DNA from: a virus
Taxonomy: Duplodnaviria; Heunggongvirae; Uroviricota; Caudoviricetes
DNA length: 64,000 nucleotides
Virus record (IMG/VR): IMGVR_UViG_3300029922_002860
Reading direction: 5' to 3' (one strand)
This document shows positions 54,117 to 61,919 of this stretch, in pieces (position 1 is the stretch's first letter; each line of letters starts with the position of its first letter). The notes under the pieces are model-generated. The model did no database searches. It was not told where the DNA came from and saw only the letters and a program-made list of their open reading frames with translations. A program made the position numbers and the translations under genes.

Positions 54117-54192
54117 TGGCAGGAACGGAGGGAGTCGAACCCCCAACCAACGGTTTTGGAGACCGCTACTCTACCAATTGAGCTACGTTCCT
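54117..54192 (-). tRNA. tRNA-Trp(CCA)
   Basis: Anticodon loop CTCCAAA. Confidence 0.6.
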
Positions 54193-54203
54193 ATCTCTGA
54201 AAT

Positions 54204-54282
54204 TGGGTGCAGAGACTGGATTTCAACCAGCGATCTCCACCTTATGAGGGTGGCGAGGACAAGCAGGCTCCTCCACTCTGCA
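54204..54282 (-). tRNA. tRNA-Met(CAT), atypical D loop and T loop
   Basis: Anticodon stem-loop CCACC-CTCATAA-GGTGG. Confidence 0.45.
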
Positions 54283-54335
54283 ACAAAGCTGTGTTCGTCG
54301 TCGCGAGAGAAAAGCTCGCGCCCGACTCTGGAAAA

Positions 54336-54482
54336 TGTTCGCGACGGGAATCGAACCCGCGCCACCCCTTGCGGGGGTTTTCCGTCGCAGCATTATCCGA
54401 CGCAGTTGCCTAGGCATGCGTCAGTGCCGCGCCGGCCGCTAGGCTACGTGAACCCGCAGTGCTGCCACTACACCACGCGAAC
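54336..54482 (-). ncRNA. tRNA-like locus with a roughly 70-nt insertion in the anticodon region (intron-containing tRNA or disrupted pseudogene; possible Val(CAC))
   Basis: Perfect acceptor stem GTTCGCG/CGCGAAC, a Gln-like D arm and a canonical T arm are spread over 147 nt. Insertion begins after ...GCGGG-TTCACG. Confidence 0.4.
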
Positions 54483-54490
54483 GAAAATCG

Positions 54491-54562
54491 TGGACCGAAG
54501 GGGGATCGAACCCCTGACCTCATCGTTGCGAACGACGCGCTCTTCCACTGAGCTACCGGCCC
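54491..54562 (-). tRNA. tRNA-Ala(CGC)
   Basis: G3:U70 pair. Anticodon loop TTCGCAA. Confidence 0.55.
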
Positions 54563-54569
54563 ATCGAAA

Positions 54570-54646
54570 TGGTGGTCTCGGGTGGGTTCGAACCACCGAC
54601 CCCGCGCTTATCAAGCGCGTGCTCTAACCAGCTGAGCTACGGGACC
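54570..54646 (-). tRNA. tRNA-Ile(GAT)
   Basis: Anticodon loop TTGATAA. Confidence 0.6.
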
Positions 54647-54655
54647 ATAAGTGGA

Positions 54656-54729
54656 TGGAGCGGTAGCCGGGAATCGAACCCGGGACACCTGTTTGGAAAA
54701 CAGAGGTTTTGCCACTAAACTACAACCGC
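54656..54729 (-). tRNA. tRNA-Gly(TCC)
   Basis: Anticodon loop TTTCCAA. Confidence 0.55.
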
Positions 54730-54734
54730 GAGAT

Positions 54735-54812
54735 TGGCGGTAACGGGTGGGTTCGAACCACCGACACGCGGCTTTTCAGACCGCTGCTCTACCAATACTG
54801 AGCTACGTCACC
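54735..54812 (-). tRNA. tRNA-Phe(GAA)
   Basis: Anticodon loop CTGAAAA. Confidence 0.6.
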
Positions 54813-54830
54813 AAAAATGGTTCTGCGAAA

Positions 54831-54917
54831 TGGTGCGTCAGGAAGGACTCGGACCCTCGAAGCCCCGAAGGGCGGCGCGTTTACAGCGCGCTGCATTTGC
54901 CGCTCTGCCACTGACGC
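54831..54917 (-). tRNA. tRNA-Tyr(GTA), type II
   Basis: Anticodon loop CTGTAAA. Long variable arm. Confidence 0.55.
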
Positions 54918-54924
54918 GTGAAAG

Positions 54925-55001
54925 TGGGGGAACTGGGTGGACTTGAACCACCGACATTCGCCTTATGAGGGCGCTCCTCTGCCAACTGAGGTACAGTTCC
55001 A
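54925..55001 (-). tRNA. tRNA-Met(CAT) second copy (elongator, initiator or Ile2 not distinguishable)
   Basis: Anticodon loop CTCATAA. Three G-C pairs in the anticodon stem. Confidence 0.5.
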
Positions 55002-55018
55002 TGCGTATCCAGAATTGT

Positions 55019-55090
55019 GGGACACCTGGGACTCGAACCCAGAACCTACTGCTTAAAAGGCAGCAGCTCTGCCATTGAGCTAGTGACCCA
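55019..55090 (-). tRNA. tRNA-Lys(TTT)
   Basis: Anticodon loop CTTTTAA. Confidence 0.55.
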
Positions 55091-55362
55091 TACGAAAGTG
55101 TCTCCGCCTCGGCCATGAATGCAGGCCCGTGGGGCTCAACCGCGCTTCGCATCGCGGGCACTCTGATACCAACCGACGGCACAAGCCGACGCGTTTAGCC
55201 CTGCCTGCCGCGCGAAGCCGCAGCGCAGACTGAACGGAGATTCTTGAAAGTGTCCGATGGGTCCCAGGTCGCTCCAGGATGCTCAGGTTCTCACCCGCAT
55301 GTGACGCAAGGCTCCACCGCCTTGGACGCCGCTCCCAGCCCTCGATGCCCCACCGGAAATTA

Positions 55363-55436
55363 AGCGGTAAGAGGGACTCGAACCCTCGGCCTCCACGTTG
55401 GCAACGTGGCGCTCTAACCGACTGAGCTACTACCGC
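55363..55436 (-). tRNA. tRNA-Gly(GCC)
   Basis: Anticodon loop TTGCCAA. Confidence 0.6.
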
Positions 55437-55552
55437 GAGAGAGATTATTCCTGCACGCTACGCTTCGGCTTCGTGCTTGCCGGGTACCACAGCACCAGGG
55501 GACCCGACGGAGTTAAGTGCCCGCTGTCTCGGGTCAACGATAGCAGGGAGAA

Positions 55553-55629
55553 TGGCGCGAACGGCAGGGTTCGAACCTGCAACTTCCTGATCCGTAGTCA
55601 GGGGATCTATCCAGTTGATCTACGTTCGC
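55553..55629 (-). tRNA. tRNA-Arg(ACG)
   Basis: Anticodon loop CTACGGA. Confidence 0.6.
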
Positions 55630-55639
55630 GTGAAAGTGT

Positions 55640-55710
55640 CGCCCCCAGCCAGAATCGGACTGGCGCGCCGCGCGTGAAAGGCGCGTGTCCTGCCACTAGA
55701 CGATGAGGGC
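55640..55710 (-). tRNA. tRNA-Glu(TTC), first gene of the array; extended acceptor pairing with flanks
   Basis: Anticodon loop CTTTCAC. Glu-type D arm. Leader GTC pairs with trailer GAC. Confidence 0.5.
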
Positions 55711-56010
55711 GACATGAAAGTGAAAAGCTGGGTGGCGGGCACGAATGCCCCTTACCGCGCGAGCGCGCGACCACCCAGCTCTTGCCATCGCCTGGCCACG
55801 AATGTGGCTGGAGCCTCACGGAGTTTAGGCCGATTTACGCTCCGGCGCTGGCTTCTATCTGAAGAAAAGAACCACCTGCCGTCCCTCTCGGCTTTCGCCG
55901 GATTGGACCCGCCCCCAGTGTGGGAAGGCGTCTTCGCTGATTCGTGGGGCTCAGCTGTGAAGCCACTTGGAAATTGGAAAGGTGTAGGACCCGGTCCGGA
56001 AGTGGCTTGG

Positions 56011-56039
56011 CGTCTGGCCAACAAAAAACCCACTTCCGG
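56011..56039 (-). terminator. strong rho-independent terminator upstream of the tRNA array
   Basis: Perfect 9-bp stem CCCACTTCC-gggg-GGAAGTGGG followed by a T6GTT run on the minus strand. Confidence 0.7.
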
Positions 56040-56333
56040 GGTGGAAGTGGGTCGGCTCAGTGTGCGGTTGCTTTCCGCCCTAGCTGGCTTTCCCACCTCC
56101 TGTGACGCCTGCGCTATCCAGATTAAACTGATAACCTTGCTTTGAGGTTATCCTCGGGATGGCGGCCCACATTGGGCACAGCGTCAGCGAGCGTCCTTCG
56201 GGGCTTGTCCCGAGGGCCGGCGCTAATTTCGGCTGTGAATGGAGGGTCATTTGCGAAGATGTGTTATGACTGTCTGAGTTGCTGAACGGATGATGAAGGA
56301 GAATTTTTAAGAGGGGTGCTAAAGAAAGATGGA

Positions 56334-56366
56334 AAATAAAAATCCCACCGTCGGATGAGGGTGGGT
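56334..56366 (-). terminator. rho-independent terminator after small ORF 56395..56577
   Basis: CCCACC-loop-GGTGGG hairpin followed by ATTTTTATTTT on the minus strand. Confidence 0.6.
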
Positions 56367-56394
56367 CGGGTCGAACGGGACGAAGAACTGATCG

Positions 56395-56577
56395 TCAACG
56401 ATTCAATCGTAACCCACCCTTGCTCGGTTCCAGATCGAGCCCGCGGTTTCCCGCGAAGGTTGTTGCGGTCGGGATAGAGCCCTGCCGCAGCCAACCGCTC
56501 AGGCGGCTTGGCACTAACGTGCGGTATTGTGAGGAGGGCTTCATGGAAAGGTGTGTGCTTGTTACGATATGAACCAT
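56395..56577 (-). CDS. small ORF (60 aa) or noncoding transcript
   Basis: CGCCATCTTGGAGCGTC motif, then a roughly 45-nt AT-rich leader, the ORF, and a terminator. Confidence 0.25.
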   Translation of the reverse strand: MVHIVTSTHLSMKPSSQYRTLVPSRLSGWLRQGSIPTATTFAGNRGLDLEPSKGGLRLNR

Positions 56578-56687
56578 CGGCAAATGTTCCGGAGATTCAA
56601 GGAGTTTGTTGGATATTTGTTATGACGCTCCAAGATGGCGTGAGGTTACAGCGTATCACGAAATGAATTACCGAGGCGCCCGCCATC

Positions 56688-56981
56688 TCACTGGTTCACT
56701 GTCAATGCCGAGGCCCCAGGGATGGCAATAGCGGGAGATGGGATGGATTCCGTAAGCAGAGCCCGGGCACCAGATGGGGTTTCTGCGGCGATCTTGACCA
56801 TGAGCCTGTGCAGCTGCGCATACGTGACAGGCTGCTCGACCGCGGCCTGGGTTGGGTTCGAGGGGGACGGTGAGGCGCATGCAGTGAGCAAAAGCGCGGC
56901 AAGCGCTATCGACCCGGCGAGCTTCCGGCGCCGGGCTACAATACTTGAGAGAGGGGTGTTCATATCGAATGGGTACACCAT
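56688..56981 (-). CDS. small lipoprotein (97 aa)
   Basis: Lipobox LLTAC. Leaderless arrangement: CACCCCATAATT is directly followed by ATG. Confidence 0.5.
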   Translation of the reverse strand: MVYPFDMNTPLSSIVARRRKLAGSIALAALLLTACASPSPSNPTQAAVEQPVTYAQLHRLMVKIAAETPSGARALLTESIPSPAIAIPGASALTVNQ

Positions 56982-56995
56982 AATTATGGGGTGCC
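56982..56995 (-). promoter_or_regulatory. conserved upstream motif CACCCCATAATT (class A) with zero spacer to the ATG
   Basis: Motif 3' edge coincides with the ATG of gene 56688..56981. Confidence 0.5.
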
Positions 56996-57526
56996 GCCGG
57001 CCTCAGGGGCCGAGAGGGAGTGAATGCGCCCGACCGCCAAATCGGGTACGTGCCACTCAGGGTAGCCGAACACTGCCGGAATATGGGTCCGCCTCTCCGC
57101 AATCGCAGCCTCCCATCGGTGATTTCCGTCCTGACGGTGCCAGGACCAGTCGCTTGTCGCCGCACCACAGGGGCTCGCAAGGATCGTGATGGGTGGGAGG
57201 GAGCCTCCCTTCCTTAGCATGTTCCGGTACTTGCGGACGCCGCGGCGATACGCTCCGCCTTCCCCAGGCTCCATGGCCACGGGCAGTGGCAGTTCCACAA
57301 CCGGCGAGAACAAAAAGCCGTCCGGATCAAATGGCAGGGCGAATGAGTCGCGGCCATTGAAGTGGAACTCCGAGAACCACGCATCGGAGTTCTCATACGG
57401 GCTCCACTCACCCATAGGAGGAAGAGTTGCGAGAGCGCAGCGGTAGCGCTCGGGCAGCGTGGGCGCCTGGTGAATCTGCCGGCAGGGGAGGGGTGTCTGG
57501 TTGCCCACAAGGGCGCTCTGGTCCAT
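56984..57526 (-). CDS. hypothetical protein (180 aa)
   Basis: CACCAGCTTGGTCT then ATG. Confidence 0.45.
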   Translation of the reverse strand: MDQSALVGNQTPLPCRQIHQAPTLPERYRCALATLPPMGEWSPYENSDAWFSEFHFNGRDSFALPFDPDGFLFSPVVELPLPVAMEPGEGGAYRRGVRKYRNMLRKGGSLPPITILASPCGAATSDWSWHRQDGNHRWEAAIAERRTHIPAVFGYPEWHVPDLAVGRIHSLSAPEAGGTP

Positions 57527-57598
57527 AGACCAAGCTGGTGACCCACGAATTTGCTCATTTTACCCACCCCCCGGGGGGCCTCCTCAGAGGGAAAACCT

Positions 57599-57889
57599 TC
57601 AGATGTAACGGCCCGCTGACTCCAATTTCTTGAGCCCCGCCTCCATCAGCTCAGCCGATTGCAAGTTCCTGAGCTGGTGCGCAATTGCCGCAGCCTGGGG
57701 AACGTCATTTGTTCCCTCGCCCGGAGTTCCAAGGCGGCTTTGGACTACTCGCAGCATGCAGCGGAGACAAAAGTCGCTACGTCCTTTCAGCGACCGTTGA
57801 AGGGCCACGAGCAGCTCCTCGCTGGATCGTGCCGGCGCCCCGCCACGGAGATCCCGCTCGTAGGGCTCGTGCGGGCAGGGCGACCTCAT
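57599..57889 (-). CDS. hypothetical protein (96 aa)
   Basis: GC3-rich ORF. Confidence 0.35.
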   Translation of the reverse strand: MRSPCPHEPYERDLRGGAPARSSEELLVALQRSLKGRSDFCLRCMLRVVQSRLGTPGEGTNDVPQAAAIAHQLRNLQSAELMEAGLKKLESAGRYI

Positions 57890-58217
57890 CGAGGGGGTGT
57901 CGGCACAAATGCTCGTCCTCCGAGGACCCGAGCGATCTGTTTCGAAGCTATTCCCGAGGTTAATCTGGCCCTGAAGCTCCCTCGATCCCCGGGACTTGGG
58001 GTCATGCGCAAGAGTCTCCTCCCCACGAGCTTCGCGTCAGTTTGATGCCGATAAGCGGGATTCGTTTGTTACATCCATTTGGATTTTTTGAAAAGCGAAA
58101 AGGTCGAGATACTGGGCGCAAGTCACTGATCTGTGCTGAAATTGGCTCGACTCCGTTGGTAGTTGTAACAAGGAAGGATTCGTCGTTTTGGGCTCCACCC
58201 GGCCCATAATCTTCACG

Positions 58218-58279
58218 ACCACCCTTAGTTCCTTGTTCGTTAGTTCCACCCTTAGTGCAGATAGAAACCACCCTTAGTC
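58218..58279 (+). repeat. three direct repeats of CCACCCTTAGT upstream of, and overlapping, the start of the LexA-like regulator gene
   Basis: Copies at about 58219, 58247 and 58268. CCCATAATCTTCACG lies just upstream. Confidence 0.5.
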
Positions 58280-58734
58280 CCAAGGCCCTGCCACTCCAAC
58301 AGGCCAAGCTCCTGCGTTATGTAGCGGAAACGCATCAAACGCTCAGAGTTCCTCCGTCCCAGACCGACATGGCGCGGTACCTAGGAGTGCGGAATGTCCA
58401 AAACTACCTCACCCCCCTCATTAAGAAGGGCTATCTAGCCCGCGTGCCTGGTGGGCCAAAGGGTCGTTCCAGAGGAGTCGTAACGACGGGCAAGGGCGAT
58501 GACTGGGTCGAAGCGGTCAAAGATCAGGCGCTCCTCTCATTAAGAAGCCGCTTCGTGCAGTTCAAGCCGGATGGTCTCCGGGGGCCGAAGCAGCGGGTGC
58601 TATTCAGGGCTCCGAAGGTCGAGGCGGGAACTGTCGAGGCCGACGAAGATTCTGTGGCTCGACTCCGCCCATCTGAAAGCGACCAAAGCGCGCACCCAAG
58701 CCTGCCACTTGAGGAAGGAGCGTTACGCTCGTGA
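58255..58734 (+). CDS. LexA-N-terminal-like winged-helix transcriptional regulator (no S24 peptidase domain)
   Basis: LPLQQAKLLRYVAETHQTLRVPPSQTDMARYLGVRNVQNYLTPLIKKGYLARV matches the LexA DNA-binding domain pattern. Confidence 0.55.
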   Translation: MQIETTLSPKALPLQQAKLLRYVAETHQTLRVPPSQTDMARYLGVRNVQNYLTPLIKKGYLARVPGGPKGRSRGVVTTGKGDDWVEAVKDQALLSLRSRFVQFKPDGLRGPKQRVLFRAPKVEAGTVEADEDSVARLRPSESDQSAHPSLPLEEGALRS

Positions 58735-60197
58735 ACGAATTCCTGAACATCGGGGCTCTCATCAATTCGAGCGCTGTGGGCCGTTCCATGGCTCAGCCGG
58801 AATTTGAGTTTGCCCAGGAATACGGAGTTCGGAAGTTCTACGCGCCTCGGGAGTGGTCCTCGGTCGCGGGCATGTTTTCGGTTGCCGGATCGTCCGAACG
58901 ACTGACGGTACGGAAGGCCGGAGCGAAGACACCTTCCGGCCCTGAAGAGAAGGTCACACGCAAACGGGCTCGCGTCATCAAAGTCGTCACCGCCGACCTG
59001 GAGGACTCCTACGGTCGCTACCGTCTGGAGATTGGGGGCTTCGATCCGTTTAGAGGAGGGACACCGTTGGAGAGCGCCTCGGTCGCACTGGAGAACCCTG
59101 TTCTCGACGTGGAGCTGCTCCATCTGCTCGGCGTCCTGATGTACCTTTGCCAAGTTTCGCCCGGCGAAAGACCGCAGCCTCGAAACATTGCATGGGCTGA
59201 GGCTGTCCGGATCTTCGCGGGTAACTGCGCCGACGGCAATGCGCCTGGAAGCTACGACAGGGCAAAGATGAAGAAGCTCTTCCTCCGGTTGACCAACGTG
59301 CGCTGGGCGATTGGTCGCCCTTCAGGCGGTGGTCAGACTATCTGGGGGAAGTCGGAGCGAATCTTCACACACGACGCAATCACTCCAAAGACTGTGGCTC
59401 GCATGGTAAAGGGCCGCACAAAGCGGACAGTGTTCAACACCCTGGACGGGCTGTTGTTCAACGAGCGGTTCATAGAGGCTCTGCTCCCCTCGTGGGATGT
59501 TGAAAAGGAGAAGGGGAAAGCCGAGAGACAATTGCAGGAGATTTCCCTCGATGGCCTAGCCTGCGGCCGCAGTCCGCTCGGCAAACTCTTCTTCCTGTAT
59601 TTTCCGAAATTGGCTGTCGGGTCGAACGGACGGCCTCCGTTTGAAATAGGCGTTACCAAGCTGTGCGAGCAATTGGGGGTGCCAATGAAAGCCGGCCACG
59701 CGAGACGGGTTTTCCTTGGGCACAAGCTAGACGGAACTAGCGGCATTCTCCACGACTTCGATGGTGCGCCACTTCTGCGTGGAGTTCTTCGCCTGGGTGC
59801 TCGCGAAGGAAAGAATGACCTCCTCGCGCTAGGCTGGGCTGATGGATACCGCAGGGTTTCCGACAAGGAAATGGCGGACAAGTCGCTGCTTCGCGCCTTC
59901 ACTAAGCTCTCCGCTGATGAGTTTGCCAAGCTCACCCGTCCGCTACCCGCATTGAGCATGCACGAAAAGGCGCTCCTCGGTGCCGCCGAGATCGGTTCGC
60001 CGACTTCCGGCTTCAGGGTAGAGATCCTCGAAGCGAGAGCGCTGATGGGCAGGGAGAATTTCGAGAGCTTCCTGGTCGATATGGACGCTGCGCGCTACCG
60101 GCGAGAGGGCGGCGCGTACACGGAGGGTCCAGAGGCCCGGCTGCGCCATTACATGCGCAAGCGGGTTGGCGAGCTATTCGGATCTGCCGGCCGGTAG
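58731..60197 (+). CDS. putative replication initiator (Rep-like) protein
   Basis: Its start overlaps the regulator stop (GTGA). It lies adjacent to an iteron array. No Walker motif. Assignment is by context only. Confidence 0.4.
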   Translation: MNEFLNIGALINSSAVGRSMAQPEFEFAQEYGVRKFYAPREWSSVAGMFSVAGSSERLTVRKAGAKTPSGPEEKVTRKRARVIKVVTADLEDSYGRYRLEIGGFDPFRGGTPLESASVALENPVLDVELLHLLGVLMYLCQVSPGERPQPRNIAWAEAVRIFAGNCADGNAPGSYDRAKMKKLFLRLTNVRWAIGRPSGGGQTIWGKSERIFTHDAITPKTVARMVKGRTKRTVFNTLDGLLFNERFIEALLPSWDVEKEKGKAERQLQEISLDGLACGRSPLGKLFFLYFPKLAVGSNGRPPFEIGVTKLCEQLGVPMKAGHARRVFLGHKLDGTSGILHDFDGAPLLRGVLRLGAREGKNDLLALGWADGYRRVSDKEMADKSLLRAFTKLSADEFAKLTRPLPALSMHEKALLGAAEIGSPTSGFRVEILEARALMGRENFESFLVDMDAARYRREGGAYTEGPEARLRHYMRKRVGELFGSAGR

Positions 60198-60614
60198 ATC
60201 CTTCGCCTGGGTGCCAGGGAGGAGCGGTTTCCTGATGTAGGGTAGGAGGGACCTCGCGTAGCGGTTTGTGACCCCCGCTGCCTCTCCCAGCTCCGCCGCT
60301 GTCGGCTCGCGACCCAGATCGCCTTTCAGCCGGGTGTACTCGACGCCTACTGCAAAGCGCTTCCGCGGCGGCCTGCCCCTGGGCCGGAAGAACATCAACT
60401 CGTCCGGGAGCCCTGACTCGTCCACGTCGCATTCCCGCAGCAGCTTGACCCACCTGTACGCGATCACGCGCGACACGCGGGCGGACTTGGCGGCCGCCTT
60501 AAACTCCAGCGGCCGGCCTCCCGGGGCACCCTTGAGCCATTGCCAAAAAAAGAGGATGGGTCTGGCGTTGGGGCAGGGGAGTCGGTTCTTTCCGATCAGG
60601 TAGGTCGCGAACAT
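60174..60614 (-). CDS. helix-turn-helix DNA-binding protein (146 aa)
   Basis: TAAELGEAAGVTNRYARSLL is HTH-like. The longer ORF reading through the iterons was rejected. Confidence 0.4.
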   Translation of the reverse strand: MFATYLIGKNRLPCPNARPILFFWQWLKGAPGGRPLEFKAAAKSARVSRVIAYRWVKLLRECDVDESGLPDELMFFRPRGRPPRKRFAVGVEYTRLKGDLGREPTAAELGEAAGVTNRYARSLLPYIRKPLLPGTQAKDLPAGRSE

Positions 60615-60704
60615 TGCTTCCGCCCTTCGGATGTCTTCTGATGTTGGCGTCACGCAAGGCGGAGACTGAGCGGCATGCCCTTTGGGGTGTAAACTAATTA
60701 TTTC

Positions 60705-60800
60705 CCCTTTTCGGTAATTCTGGCCCAGGGTGGGTAAATCTGGACCTGGGGTGGGTAAATCTGGCCGGCCCGAGGGCGATCTGGCCGAGGGTGGGTAAAT
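60705..60800. repeat. iteron array: three to four direct repeats of GGGTGGGTAAATCTGG(A/C)C
   Basis: Repeats spaced about 21 bp apart; candidate replication origin. Confidence 0.6.
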
Positions 60801-60943
60801 CTGGACACGCCCCAGAGGGGGAATCGCTCTGCTCATCCCCTCACGTCCGCATCTAAACAATCATTGCCAACATGGGGGTGGCATCCTTTCGAGCTTAAAT
60901 CGACCCAGACCGGGCGGCGAGCGGGCTATGAATGGTAGGCACT

Positions 60944-61017
60944 TAATGACCCATAGCCCAAGGCTGGTAGGCTCTTCTTGACCTGAAGGGGAAAATGGTA
61001 GGCACTTATTGACCCTA
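60944..61017 (+). repeat. two 20-bp direct repeats AATGGTAGGCACTTA(A/T)TGACCC plus a TGGTAGGC half-site immediately upstream of ATG 61017
   Basis: Read by eye; candidate operator sites. Confidence 0.45.
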
Positions 61018-61448
61018 TGAAACGCCTCTCGATCCTGCTGTCCTCGTCCGACATCGAGACACTGACAGCCGCCCGGCGCCGACCCAGGTGCCCCGCGGAC
61101 ACCCAGCGGTACATCCAGATACTTTTTGCGCTTTCGGGACCCGAGGCTGGTGAACGGTCCGTTGCCAGGGCGCTCCAGGTATCCCGGGACCTCGTTCGTA
61201 AGGTAGCTCGGTTACATACCGTCGGCGGTGTTGCGGCGGTCCTGGCCCACAAGCCGGTGGCCTCTCGGCCTCCGCTGCCGGCTGAACGGATTGACGCCCT
61301 CAAGGATCTGGCCGCCAAGCATCCTGACTGGCGTGTCGTTGACCTGGCCAATGCGGTGAGCGCCACGGTCGGGCACATTTCCAAGGGCAGCGCAGTTGCA
61401 GCGCTCAAGGGCCGGCCGAGGCGTCGGGCTTCGATCAAGCCTGCATAG
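61017..61448 (+). CDS. double helix-turn-helix protein resembling the N-terminal DNA-binding part of an IS630/Tc1-type transposase (no DDE domain)
   Basis: Two HTH-like segments (SVARALQVSRDLVRKV, VVDLANAVSATVGHISKGS). Only 143 aa. Confidence 0.4.
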   Translation: MKRLSILLSSSDIETLTAARRRPRCPADTQRYIQILFALSGPEAGERSVARALQVSRDLVRKVARLHTVGGVAAVLAHKPVASRPPLPAERIDALKDLAAKHPDWRVVDLANAVSATVGHISKGSAVAALKGRPRRRASIKPA

Positions 61449-61616
61449 CCCCGGGAAGGCCGCCAAACGGGCGTTTCTGAGGCCCTTCCGCGCCCGATCT
61501 GGGGGAGGTCGCCACCCCTACAGCCAAATTCGTGGGAGGTAGCGCCGCGCCAGGCGCCTTTCGGAGGCTTTGAGCCACCCAATACCCCTCCCCCGGGGGA
61601 GGGGTGTGCGACCGGG

Positions 61617-61919
61617 TCAGTCCCCCTCGGGCTCGGATTCCAAGCTCCCCGACGCCTCGAACACGAGCGACCCATCGGAGACGCCACGGAGGGTGTAGTC
61701 CACGTTCATGAGGCAATCGTGCCCAACGAGCGCCACGGACAGCGCATCCATGAACCCCTCGAACCCGCCGAAGAGGTCGCTGAGGTCGAGCGCGACCAGG
61801 CCACGGATCTCACCATCGTTCTCGCGCCACATCTTCAGCAACGCTTCTCCCTTAAGCGGCGAGGTCAAGACCTGGCCCGGATCGGAGTCGGCAACGGCGG
61901 ATTTGGCGGATGGAGGCAT
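61617..61919 (-). CDS. small acidic protein, possibly STAS/anti-sigma-antagonist-like
   Basis: CGCCCCATCTTGGGGC then ATG. LVALDLSDL...FEASG pattern. Confidence 0.35.
   Translation of the reverse strand: MPPSAKSAVADSDPGQVLTSPLKGEALLKMWRENDGEIRGLVALDLSDLFGGFEGFMDALSVALVGHDCLMNVDYTLRGVSDGSLVFEASGSLESEPEGD

Noticed and set aside
54838-55182. ORFs read across the tRNA array (for example 54838-55182, 55398-55706, 50810-51019)
   Set aside because: They are translations of tRNA genes and spacers.
60614-60860. N-terminal extension of ORF 60174..60860 across the iteron array
   Set aside because: It reads through direct repeats and has Pro/Arg-rich low complexity. The HTH-containing part starts at an internal Met.
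60926-61687. 253-aa Arg/Ser-rich minus-strand ORF
   Set aside because: Antisense to the HTH gene 61017-61448 and low-complexity.
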